Made by a program: the position numbers and the translations under genes. The notes below the pieces were generated by a model, which made no database searches, was not told the DNA's origin, and was given only the letters and a program-made list of their open reading frames with translations. A DNA stretch of 13,441 nt from Candidatus Iainarchaeum sp. (lineage in GTDB: Archaea > Iainarchaeota > Iainarchaeia > Iainarchaeales > JAFCCW01), in NCBI GenBank assembly GCA_017609985.1, contig JAFCCW010000020.1:1-13441 (forward strand). Reading direction: 5' to 3'. Positions 1 to 7,730 of the stretch are shown one piece after another. Every line of letters starts with the position of its first letter. Positions within the stretch are counted from its first letter, which is position 1.

Positions 1-954
1 TTCGGCTACGACAAAAAAGGAAAAGCCCTGCGCGCAAAGCAATTAAATGCAGAAGGAGCAATGGCTGCACTGCTTTCAAAGGCTCTTAAACCAAACCTTG
101 TTCAGACAGGAGAGGAAACACCAGCAATAGTTCACGGCGGAGCATTTGCAAACATTGCTTTTGGAACATCAACAGCAGTTGCAACAGAGCTTGCGCTGAA
201 GAAAGCAAATTATGTTGTGCAGGAATCAGGTTTTGGCTCAGACCTTGGATTTGAAAAATTCTGCAATATCTACTGCAGACAGACAGGTTTCAGAATTTCA
301 GCAGTTGTCATAGTTGCGACTTTGAGGTCACTTGAAGAGCAGGGAATTGAAAACCTGCAAAGGCATTTAGAGATTGTAAGAGGCTTTGGATTTGAGCCGA
401 TTGTTGCCCTGAACAGGTTCAAGAAAGACAGCAAATCAAAGCTTGAAGAATTGGTTAGTGTGATTGAAGAGCTTGGAGCCAAGGCAGTTATTGCAGATCC
501 GTTTCACAGCGGGGGAGAAGGATGCATTGAATTAGCAAAAGCTGTTGTGAAAGAAACAGGGAAAAAATCCAAAAAGCCAGAAAAGCCAAAATATACTTAT
601 CCTGCAAACACGCCTGTAAAAAAATCAATTGAAGCCGTTGCAAAAAAAGTTTATGGGGCAGGCTCTGTTTCGTTTTCAAAGAAAGCAGAGAAAAGCATTA
701 AGCTGCTTGAAAAAAACAAGCTTGACAAGATGCCTGTCTGCATGGCTAAGACGCAGTACTCGTTCACCGGCGACGGGAAAAGAAAAGGAGCTCCAGACGG
801 ATTTGGGTTAAGAGTTGACGATGTGTCAGCCGCAGCAGGAGCTGGATTCATTGTGGCGAGATGCGGAAACATTATGCCCCTGCCCGGCCTGCCGGAAAAA
901 CCAACTGCGGAAAGAATTGAAATAAATGGAAAGGGGAAAGTAAGTGGGATTTGA
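1..954 (+). CDS. fhs: Formate--tetrahydrofolate ligase (FTHFS), 5'-truncated by the window edge
   Basis: Frame 1 is open from base 1 (FGYDKKGKALRAKQLNAEGAMAALL...). Fhs motifs KPNLVQT, HGGAFANIAFG, ESGFGSDLGFEKF, PVCMAKTQYSF, AGAGFIV and MPLPGLP are present. The ATG at 61 is internal. Confidence 0.96.
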   Translation, partial: FGYDKKGKALRAKQLNAEGAMAALLSKALKPNLVQTGEETPAIVHGGAFANIAFGTSTAVATELALKKANYVVQESGFGSDLGFEKFCNIYCRQTGFRISAVVIVATLRSLEEQGIENLQRHLEIVRGFGFEPIVALNRFKKDSKSKLEELVSVIEELGAKAVIADPFHSGGEGCIELAKAVVKETGKKSKKPEKPKYTYPANTPVKKSIEAVAKKVYGAGSVSFSKKAEKSIKLLEKNKLDKMPVCMAKTQYSFTGDGKRKGAPDGFGLRVDDVSAAAGAGFIVARCGNIMPLPGLPEKPTAERIEINGKGKVSGI

Positions 955-955
955 G

Positions 956-996
956 CGAACATTTAAATGAAGTTGTTGCATACTTTTATCGGTGGG
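956..996 (+). promoter_or_regulatory. Putative archaeal-type promoter (BRE-like CGAAC + TATA-like TTTAAAT) and SD-like GGTGGG for gcvT
   Basis: cgaac at 956-960, tttaaat at 962-968 about 30 nt before ATG 998, ggtggg at 991-996. Confidence 0.5.
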
Positions 997-997
997 C

Positions 998-2092
998 ATG
1001 GGAGAAAAAACTCCATTGTATGAATGGCACAAGTCTGCTGGCGCACAGGTTATTGACTTCGGCGGATGGGATATGCCTGTCTATTACTCTACTCCGATTG
1101 AAGAACACGAATGCATTCGCTCTTCTGTCGGACTGTTTGATGTCTCTCATATGGGGGAAATCTGGATTGAGGGAAAAGACGCGCTAGCAGTCGTGCAGAA
1201 AGCAGTGAGCAGGGATATTTCAAAAACAGCTGTGGGAAAAATGGACCTGTGCGTGATGTGCAACGAGCAGGGCGGAATCATGGACGACCTCACAGTCTAC
1301 AAATTCTCCGAAGAAAAAATGTTGCTTGTCGTGAACGCGGGAACCGCAGGCAAGGACTTTGCTCAGCTTGAGGGAATTGCAAAGGGAACAGGAGCAAACG
1401 TGAAACTGTCAAACAAGACAATGGAAACAGGAAAGATTGATGTGCAGGGGCAGAAAGCAGAAGAGGTTTTGCAGAAGCTGACCAAGATTGAGCTTGGAAA
1501 AATTGGATTTTACAGATTTAAGGAAGGAAAAGTAAACGACAAGGAAGCAATTGTCTCGCGCTCTGGTTATACTGGAGAAGACGGCTTTGAAATTTACTGC
1601 TTGTGGAAGGACACGCAGGAAATTTGGGAAAGATTGATTGAAGCTGGCGCGGAAGCAGGGATTAAACCATGCGGTCTCGGAGCAAGGGATATGCTCAGGC
1701 TGGAATCAGGCTACATGCTGTACGGCAACGACATTGACGAAGAACACACGCCATATGAAGGGGTATATGGCTGGGTTGTTGATTTAAACAAGGAAGACTT
1801 TGTTGGCAGAGAATCTCTTGCAGGACAGAGGGAGAAAGGAATCAGCAAAAAGCTGGTCGGATTTGAAATGAAGGAGAGGGGAATCGCAAGGCATGGCTAC
1901 AAGATTTTTAGAGGCAAGGAAGAGATTGGAGAGGTTACTTCAGGAAGCTTTTCTCCAACTCTTGGAAAGAACATCGGCATGGCTTACGTTGGCAATGAAT
2001 TTAAGGAAATTGGAACAGAAATTGAAGTGGAAATCAGAGAACAAAGAGTTAAGGCAGAGGTTGTAAAAATGCCTTTTTACAAGAGGGAATAA
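998..2092 (+). CDS. gcvT: Glycine cleavage system aminomethyltransferase (T protein)
   Basis: KTPLYEWH, FGGWDMP, GLFDVSHMGE, SRSGYTGEDGFEI, GLGARDMLRLESG, GEVTSGSFSPTL and terminal PFY. Start is ATG 998 or GTG 992. Confidence 0.97.
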   Translation: MGEKTPLYEWHKSAGAQVIDFGGWDMPVYYSTPIEEHECIRSSVGLFDVSHMGEIWIEGKDALAVVQKAVSRDISKTAVGKMDLCVMCNEQGGIMDDLTVYKFSEEKMLLVVNAGTAGKDFAQLEGIAKGTGANVKLSNKTMETGKIDVQGQKAEEVLQKLTKIELGKIGFYRFKEGKVNDKEAIVSRSGYTGEDGFEIYCLWKDTQEIWERLIEAGAEAGIKPCGLGARDMLRLESGYMLYGNDIDEEHTPYEGVYGWVVDLNKEDFVGRESLAGQREKGISKKLVGFEMKERGIARHGYKIFRGKEEIGEVTSGSFSPTLGKNIGMAYVGNEFKEIGTEIEVEIREQRVKAEVVKMPFYKRE

Positions 2093-2094
2093 GA

Positions 2095-2574
2095 ATGCCA
2101 AAAAAACCATACTCAAAACCAGAAATGTCAAGAAAAGAACCAGTGCACAGACACCCCAGTGCAAAGAGTTCAGTCCAAGAGTTTGCTGTTGGAGGAAAAA
2201 AAGTGATAAGAAAAGTCTTCAAAAAAAAGTGGGGATTGGACGCGGGAAAAATGCAGGCAAATGCGCATGAAAGATTTTTAGAATTTGAAAATAGTCATTG
2301 TGTTATCAGGCCTGCAAAACCCATAGCAGCAAAAGGAAAAGTTTTGCTAATGGAAAAAGCTGAAGGGATTCCGCTAGAAGACATGATTTCAGGTGAAGGT
2401 CCAGACCAAGAAGAAATTTCTAAGCACAGAAACGAATTTATGCGAAATGTTTATAGAAACAGGGAAGTAAGAGACTTTATATCGAAAAATATTAACCGAA
2501 GAGAGGCACAAGCAAATGTTTCAAAGCGCCCAGACGGAAAATTTTTGATAACAGTGTATGATATAGAACAATAA
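2095..2574 (+). CDS. Hypothetical protein, degenerate minimal protein-kinase-like (RIO/Bud32-like) fold
   Basis: The 159-aa ORF fills the gcvT-gcvH gap (2 nt and 11 nt spacers). Segments VIRK, PAKPIAAKGKVLLMEKAEGIPL, QANV and DGKFLITVYDIEQ resemble the kinase beta3 Lys, hinge, catalytic-loop Asn and DFG regions. Fold call was made by eye. Confidence 0.65.
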   Translation: MPKKPYSKPEMSRKEPVHRHPSAKSSVQEFAVGGKKVIRKVFKKKWGLDAGKMQANAHERFLEFENSHCVIRPAKPIAAKGKVLLMEKAEGIPLEDMISGEGPDQEEISKHRNEFMRNVYRNREVRDFISKNINRREAQANVSKRPDGKFLITVYDIEQ

Positions 2575-2582
2575 GAGGTGAT
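2575..2582 (+). promoter_or_regulatory. Shine-Dalgarno GAGGTGAT for gcvH
   Basis: GAGGTGAT lies just upstream of ATG 2586 and is complementary to the 16S rRNA 3' AUCACCUC. This form is common in archaea. Confidence 0.75.
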
Positions 2583-2585
2583 TTA

Positions 2586-2987
2586 ATGACAGAAGAAAGC
2601 AAGGTGTTGGATGACAGAAAGTACACAAAAGAGCACGAATGGGTAAAGATTGAAAATGGGATTGGCACGATTGGGATATCCGACTATGCACAGCACGCGC
2701 TCACAGACGTTGTCTATGCAGAGCTTCCAAAGGAAGGAGAGAAGGTTGAGGCAATGGGAAAGCTTGCTGTTCTTGAAAGCGTTAAGAGTGTCAGTGATGT
2801 TTATGCTCCTGCAAGCGGAGAAGTTGTTGAAGTAAACAAAGCACTAGAGGAAACTCCCGGGCTGATAAACAAGAGTCCATTTGAAGAAGGATGGATTGCA
2901 AAAATCAAGGTAATTGATGAAGCAGAACTCGACAATCTCATGGGTGCAGAAGAGTACAAGAAATTTTTATCAGAGCAGGAGCATTAG
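2586..2987 (+). CDS. gcvH: Glycine cleavage system H protein (lipoyl carrier)
   Basis: YTKEHEWV, GISDYAQHALTDVVY, lipoyl-lysine motif ESVKSVSD, PASGEVVEVN, INKSPFEEGWI. Confidence 0.98.
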   Translation: MTEESKVLDDRKYTKEHEWVKIENGIGTIGISDYAQHALTDVVYAELPKEGEKVEAMGKLAVLESVKSVSDVYAPASGEVVEVNKALEETPGLINKSPFEEGWIAKIKVIDEAELDNLMGAEEYKKFLSEQEH

Positions 2988-2997
2988 GTGAGTGGAA

Positions 2998-4284
2998 ATG
3001 AACTTCATTCCAACCAATGAAAGCAAGAGAAAAGAAATGCTGAAGGAAACAGGAATTGAAAGTATTAAGGAATTGTTCAAGGATGTTCCTGAAAAAGCCT
3101 ATATAGACGGCTGTCTTAATCTCCCAAAAGGTTTAAGCGAGAGGGAACTTGTTTCAGAAATTTCAAAACTGGCAGTAGAAAATGCTCATGCGGGAACAAG
3201 CCCGTGCTTTCTTGGAGCTGGCGCATACAATCACTTCTGCCCCGCAGTAGTGCCTGCACTAATTGGAAGAAGCGAATTTTATACCGCTTACACTCCTTAT
3301 CAGGCAGAAGCAAGCCAGGGAATGCTTCAGGCAATCTATGAATTCCAGACCTGGGCGTGTCTCTTGACCGGAATGGATTTAGCTAATGCAAGCATGTACG
3401 ATGCATCCACAGCTCTTGCAGAATCAATGTTTATGTCAAAGAATTTAACTGGAAAAAACAAGGCAATTGTTTCAAAACATGTTCACCCTCACTACAGACA
3501 GGTTCTTGAAACATATGCTTGGGCGCACGGAATGGAACTTATTGGAACAGAAGAGCCAGAAAAAGAAGTTGATGAAAAAACAGCTTGTGTGATTGTGCAG
3601 AATCCAAATTTTCTTGGGCAAATTGAAAAATTAAAAGAACTAGGGACTGTTGCGCACAGCAAAGGAGCACTTCTTGTTGTGTGCGTTGGAGACTCAACAT
3701 CGCTTGGAGCAATTGAAAACCCAGGGCAGGAAGGAGCAGACATTGCTGTTGGAGACTGCCAGGCTTTTGGAATTCCTCTCTGGTTTGGAGGACCGCACGC
3801 TGGTTTTATGACTACAAAAAAAGAACATATGAGACATATTCCGGGACGACTTGTTGGAAGAACTGTGGACGAAGAAGGAAAAACAGGATTTATTCTTACA
3901 CTTCAGGCAAGAGAACAGCACATAAGAAGAGAGAGAGCAGAAAGCAATATTTGCACTAATGCTGCGCTAACTGCTTTGTGGGCAACTGTGTGGCTGGCAA
4001 GTCTGGGAGAAGATGGCTTGAAAAAGCTTGCTGAAGAAAACATGGAGGCTGCGAAAAAAGCAAGCAAGGAACTAGACCTTGAATTTGAAGAAAACTTTTA
4101 CAACGAGTTTGTCGTAAAAGTGAATAACAAAGAAGACGTGAAGCAAAAGCTAGCAGACGCAGGAGTGATTGCGCCTCTTGACTTGGAAGAATTTTATCCA
4201 GAACTAAAAAATCATCTGCTTGTGTGCGTAACTGAAATGAATTCAGACAAAGAAATTGAAATGTTGAAGAAGGTGTTGAAATGA
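2998..4284 (+). CDS. gcvPA: Glycine dehydrogenase (decarboxylating) P protein subunit 1
   Basis: [62 protein letters not shown] 2998 is preferred over GTG 2992 because SD AGGTGA lies at 2986-2991. Confidence 0.97.
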   Translation: MNFIPTNESKRKEMLKETGIESIKELFKDVPEKAYIDGCLNLPKGLSERELVSEISKLAVENAHAGTSPCFLGAGAYNHFCPAVVPALIGRSEFYTAYTPYQAEASQGMLQAIYEFQTWACLLTGMDLANASMYDASTALAESMFMSKNLTGKNKAIVSKHVHPHYRQVLETYAWAHGMELIGTEEPEKEVDEKTACVIVQNPNFLGQIEKLKELGTVAHSKGALLVVCVGDSTSLGAIENPGQEGADIAVGDCQAFGIPLWFGGPHAGFMTTKKEHMRHIPGRLVGRTVDEEGKTGFILTLQAREQHIRRERAESNICTNAALTALWATVWLASLGEDGLKKLAEENMEAAKKASKELDLEFEENFYNEFVVKVNNKEDVKQKLADAGVIAPLDLEEFYPELKNHLLVCVTEMNSDKEIEMLKKVLK

Positions 4285-5627
4285 GCAAGCTGTTATTTGA
4301 AAAGGGACTGAATTTGAGCGAACCAGAAATAGTAAGGCATTATACAAATCTTTCAAGAAACAATTTTGGGGTGGACTCTCATTTTTATCCACTTGGAAGC
4401 TGCACTATGAAGTATAGCCCGAAAGTTAATGAAAGTGTTTCAGTGCTTGACGGGTTTGCAAAAGCTCATCCAATGCAGGAACAAAAAGCTAGCCAGGGTT
4501 GTCTTCAATTAATGTTCGAGCTAGAACAACAGTTATGTGAAATAACTGGTTTTTCTGGATTCACTCTTCAGCCGGCAGCAGGAGCACACGGAGAGCTTGC
4601 AGGAATGATGATTATAAAAAAACATTTTGAAGAAAAAGGAGAAGGAAACAAAAGGAAAAAAGTAATAATTCCTGATTCAAGCCACGGAACAAATCCCGCG
4701 TCGCTTCAGCTATGCGGTTTTGAAGCAATTGAAATCAAAAGCAACAGCGAAGGAGATATTTCCCTTGACAAACTGAAAAAAGAAATGAGTGAAGAGGTTG
4801 CAGGAATAATGGTCACCAACCCAAACACTCTAGGTTTATTTGAAAAAGATATAACAGAAGTTTGCAAAATAGTTCATGAAAAAGGCGGGCTTGTTTACAT
4901 TGACGGAGCAAACATGAATGCAATGCTTGGAGTGTGCAGGCCAGCAGAACTCGGAGCAGACGTAATGCACTTGAATTTGCACAAAACATTTTCTACTCCT
5001 CACGGGGGAGGAGGCCCAGGCTCAGGACCAGTTGGAGTAACAAAAGAGCTGGAACAGTTTTTGCCAAATCCCAGAGTTGTAAAAAATGGAGAAGACTATT
5101 GTTTAGATACTTCTTCGGAAAAGTCTATTGGAAGAGTCAAAGCATTTTATGGAAATTTTGGAGTGCTGGTAAAAGCTTTTGCTTACATCAAGGCTCTTGG
5201 TTCAGATGGATTAAAGAATGCTGGAGAGAGTGCAGTGCTCAATGCAAACTATCTGAAAGAAAAATTGAAGAAACACTACAAGCTTCCTTATGACAGAGTT
5301 TGCCAACACGAGTTTGTGCTAAGTGATGAGGGAATGCCCAACGGAGTAACCACTGGAGACTTGGCAAAGAGACTTCTTGACTATGGAATTCACGCTCCAA
5401 CAATTTACTTTCCACTTATTGTTCATGGAGCAATAATGATTGAACCAACAGAAACAGAGAGCAAGGAGACGCTTGACTGGTTTGTTGAAACAATGATTAA
5501 GATAAAAAAGGAAGCCGAGGAAAACCCTGAACTAGTGAAGGAAGCACCTCACTCTCTTTCTGTAAAAAAGCTTGATGCAGTCAAGGCAGCAAGGGAGCCT
5601 GATTTGAGATGGATTCCAAACAAATGA
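4281..5627 (+). CDS. gcvPB: Glycine dehydrogenase (decarboxylating) P protein subunit 2, PLP-binding
   Basis: [43 protein letters not shown]-lysine motif [29 protein letters not shown] overlap with the gcvPA stop. Confidence 0.97.
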   Translation: MSKLLFEKGLNLSEPEIVRHYTNLSRNNFGVDSHFYPLGSCTMKYSPKVNESVSVLDGFAKAHPMQEQKASQGCLQLMFELEQQLCEITGFSGFTLQPAAGAHGELAGMMIIKKHFEEKGEGNKRKKVIIPDSSHGTNPASLQLCGFEAIEIKSNSEGDISLDKLKKEMSEEVAGIMVTNPNTLGLFEKDITEVCKIVHEKGGLVYIDGANMNAMLGVCRPAELGADVMHLNLHKTFSTPHGGGGPGSGPVGVTKELEQFLPNPRVVKNGEDYCLDTSSEKSIGRVKAFYGNFGVLVKAFAYIKALGSDGLKNAGESAVLNANYLKEKLKKHYKLPYDRVCQHEFVLSDEGMPNGVTTGDLAKRLLDYGIHAPTIYFPLIVHGAIMIEPTETESKETLDWFVETMIKIKKEAEENPELVKEAPHSLSVKKLDAVKAAREPDLRWIPNK

Positions 5628-6493
5628 GAAAACCTGACTGGCTAAAGGTAAAGATTCCCTCAGGCAAGAAATTTAATTCTGTCAGAAATGCAATAAAAAA
5701 GCATGCCTTGCACACTGTCTGCGAAGAAGCATTATGCCCCAACCGAGCAGAATGCTGGGGGAAACAGACAGCTACTTTTATGATATTGGGAGATGTTTGC
5801 ACTAGAAATTGTGGTTTTTGCTCCATTAAAAGTGGAAGAAAAGGCAGTGAAGTAAACAAAAACGAGCCAGAAGAACTTGCAGCCGCAGTGAAAGAACTTG
5901 GGTTAGAATATGCTGTAGTAACTTCTGTTGACAGAGATGATTTAGATGATTTGGGAGCAGGACACTTCGCTGAGTGCATCAAGACAGTGAAGAAAGAAAA
6001 CCACAAGGCAATGGTTGAAGTGCTTACTCCTGACTTTCAGGGAAAAAAAGATTTAATTGAGTGTGTTGTGAAAGCAAAGCCAGATGTGTTTGCACACAAT
6101 ATTGAAACAGTGAAAGAATTAGAGCAAGTGAGAGATTCAAGAGCAAGTTATGACATATCACTCAAGGTGTTAAAGATGGTTAAGGAAATTGATGAAAAAA
6201 TTTTCACAAAGAGCTCGATAATGCTTGGATTGGGAGAACGCAGGGAGCAGTTACTGAGGGCAATGAATGACTTGAGAAAAGTCGGTTGTGACTTTCTTGT
6301 GCTAAGCCAGTATCTTCAGCCAACCAAACAACAACTGCCAGTAAAAAGATTTGCGGAACCAAGCGAGTTCAGAGAACTTAAAAAAACTGCTTTGGAAAAG
6401 GGATTTAGGTTTGTTGTCAGCGAACCCCTTGCACGCACGTCATATCATGCTGGAGACTATTTTTCAGAGAAACAAAAGCCCAAAAACAGCTGA
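5624..6493 (+). CDS. lipA: Lipoyl synthase (radical SAM, classical LipA type)
   Basis: RKPDWLK, auxiliary cluster [12 protein letters not shown] (CX4CX5C), radical [40 protein letters not shown] 5624 gives an ATGA overlap with the gcvPB stop; ATG 5609 is the alternative. Confidence 0.97.
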   Translation: MRKPDWLKVKIPSGKKFNSVRNAIKKHALHTVCEEALCPNRAECWGKQTATFMILGDVCTRNCGFCSIKSGRKGSEVNKNEPEELAAAVKELGLEYAVVTSVDRDDLDDLGAGHFAECIKTVKKENHKAMVEVLTPDFQGKKDLIECVVKAKPDVFAHNIETVKELEQVRDSRASYDISLKVLKMVKEIDEKIFTKSSIMLGLGERREQLLRAMNDLRKVGCDFLVLSQYLQPTKQQLPVKRFAEPSEFRELKKTALEKGFRFVVSEPLARTSYHAGDYFSEKQKPKNS

Positions 6494-6796
6494 AACAAGG
6501 TTCATTGCAAATGATATTTTCAATGCACTGGAATTGAATTTGGAAGAATAAAAAAATTTGCTGATTAAAACTGCTTCAATAAAAACAATTGCCAGCTCTC
6601 CAACAAGCCAAGCAATAAGATAGAGAGAATAAAAAAACGGGAGAGCTGTCCAGAAAAGAGACAAGGAAAAAAGATTAATCAAAAGGAGAAAGAACAGTTC
6701 TTTTTGCAAATCCTTTCTAAGAAGAAAGTGAAGTATTGGAAACTCTAGGCTATTGGTCAAAACATATGCAATTATAAATTCCTGAAGAAACATCAT
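6464..6796 (-). CDS. Small integral membrane protein (about 4 TM), unknown function
   Basis: 110 aa, almost entirely hydrophobic, with intramembrane polar residues (TNSLE, IN, GELAIVFIE, MNLVS). ATGA coupling to the upstream gene. The 3' end overlaps lipA by 30 nt. Confidence 0.75.
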   Translation of the reverse strand: MMFLQEFIIAYVLTNSLEFPILHFLLRKDLQKELFFLLLINLFSLSLFWTALPFFYSLYLIAWLVGELAIVFIEAVLISKFFYSSKFNSSALKISFAMNLVSAVFGLLFL

Positions 6797-7314
6797 GTCT
6801 GCCTTTTTCTAAGGAAAAGTGCCCAGACAATCAAGCCCGCAATTACTAAAAAAACAGGAACTCCAATTAAAAGCAAGGGACTTATTGAATTATCAGCATC
6901 TGATTTGTTTGTTTTCACAACTAAGTCCATGCTTCCTGAACCTGGATTAAAAGAGCCTACTTCAAAACTTGTTTCGCCTGCCTGCAAATCAATCGCTGAA
7001 GAAACAATACTTTCCTGAACAAGCGCATCGCGGTCTACTCCAGAAATAGTTTCAGGATTTTTTATCTCCGACAGTAACTGCTTTGGAACTGCATAAATCT
7101 GTATGTGTGTGTTAAGCTTGTACACAAATACTTCTCCTGAAACAACCTCCAGATTGTCAGGCCAGATATTTCCACTGTAATAAAACTGGTAATCTGGAAA
7201 GTCTTCAGCATTTGAAATAGTGAAAGAAAAACTCGGGCTTGGACCAATGTCAGCAAAGGCTATTGAAAAGCAGGACAATAAAACAAGCAAAACCAAAGCG
7301 TATTTTTTTGTCAT
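6793..7314 (-). CDS. Exported surface protein with signal peptide and C-terminal membrane anchor
   Basis: MTKKYALVLLVLLSCFSIAFA|DIGP signal peptide with an AxA cleavage site, acidic beta-rich body, and C-terminal TM helix plus RKRQT tail. ATG 7314 is preferred over TTG 7323. Confidence 0.8.
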   Translation of the reverse strand: MTKKYALVLLVLLSCFSIAFADIGPSPSFSFTISNAEDFPDYQFYYSGNIWPDNLEVVSGEVFVYKLNTHIQIYAVPKQLLSEIKNPETISGVDRDALVQESIVSSAIDLQAGETSFEVGSFNPGSGSMDLVVKTNKSDADNSISPLLLIGVPVFLVIAGLIVWALFLRKRQT

Positions 7315-7340
7315 AGATGACAAAACAAGAGACTTTGCTC

Positions 7341-7356
7341 TATTTATACTTTTCTT
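7341..7356 (-). promoter_or_regulatory. BRE/TATA promoter (GAAAAG-TATAAATA) for the surface/membrane gene pair
   Basis: The minus strand reads gaaaagTATAAATA, with the TATA at 7348-7341, 27 nt from ATG 7314. This fits a near-leaderless archaeal transcript. Confidence 0.65.
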
Positions 7357-7392
7357 TTTCCTAAAAAAATATATTTCAGCAAACTAAATCAG

Positions 7393-7400
7393 TTTATTAA
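7393..7400 (+). promoter_or_regulatory. TATA-like box (TTTATTAA) for lplB-lplA
   Basis: TTTATTAA ends 25 nt before ATG 7425 and no SD is visible, consistent with leaderless initiation. Confidence 0.5.
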
Positions 7401-7424
7401 ATCTATCGCAGTAAAGAATTTTCT

Positions 7425-7730
7425 ATGCAGGGACAGGTTATTTACAAAGTGCCGGGCGGAAAATTGTTAAGAGTCAGAGTTGATTTTGAAGAAGACATTA
7501 TTGCAGGATTAGAGCTTAAAGGAGACTTTTTTGCCCACCCAGAAGAATCAATTGAACTAATTGAACAGTCCCTTATTGGCGCAATCATTGGCCCTGAGAT
7601 TGAGGAAATTCTTGAAACTCTAATTGAAGAAAACCAGATAGAGCTTTACGGAGTTGACGTTAACTCAATTGTTACGGCAATTCATATGGCAAGAGAATGC
7701 GGTGAAACACGTTGGAGTTCAGGTTCCTGA
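7425..7730 (+). CDS. lplB: Lipoate-protein ligase accessory subunit (stand-alone LplA C-terminal domain, LplB/Lpl-C)
   Basis: KVPGGKLLRV and GDFFAHPEE..IE..L.G are typical of the lipoate ligase C-terminal domain. It lies directly upstream of the catalytic subunit. Confidence 0.85.
   Translation: MQGQVIYKVPGGKLLRVRVDFEEDIIAGLELKGDFFAHPEESIELIEQSLIGAIIGPEIEEILETLIEENQIELYGVDVNSIVTAIHMARECGETRWSSGS

Noticed and set aside
950-965. Firmicute PurR PurBox-like CGAACATT upstream of gcvT (and CCGAA cores near glyA)
   Set aside because: CGAA directly before TTTAAA is explained more simply as an archaeal BRE. The paired inverted PurBox arrangement is not evident and no purR is in the window.
951-1187. 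78-aa ORF overlapping the fhs stop and the gcvT start
   Set aside because: It is an out-of-frame shadow of gcvT with no recognisable motif.
2998-5627. Split gcvP as a frameshifted pseudogene
   Set aside because: Two-subunit GcvPA/GcvPB is a normal architecture. Both ORFs are intact with ATGA coupling.
7700-7730. lplB/lplA overlap as a programmed or sequencing frameshift of one fused ligase
   Set aside because: lplA has its own SD (GGTGA) and TTG start, no slippery heptamer is visible, and bipartite ligases are known.
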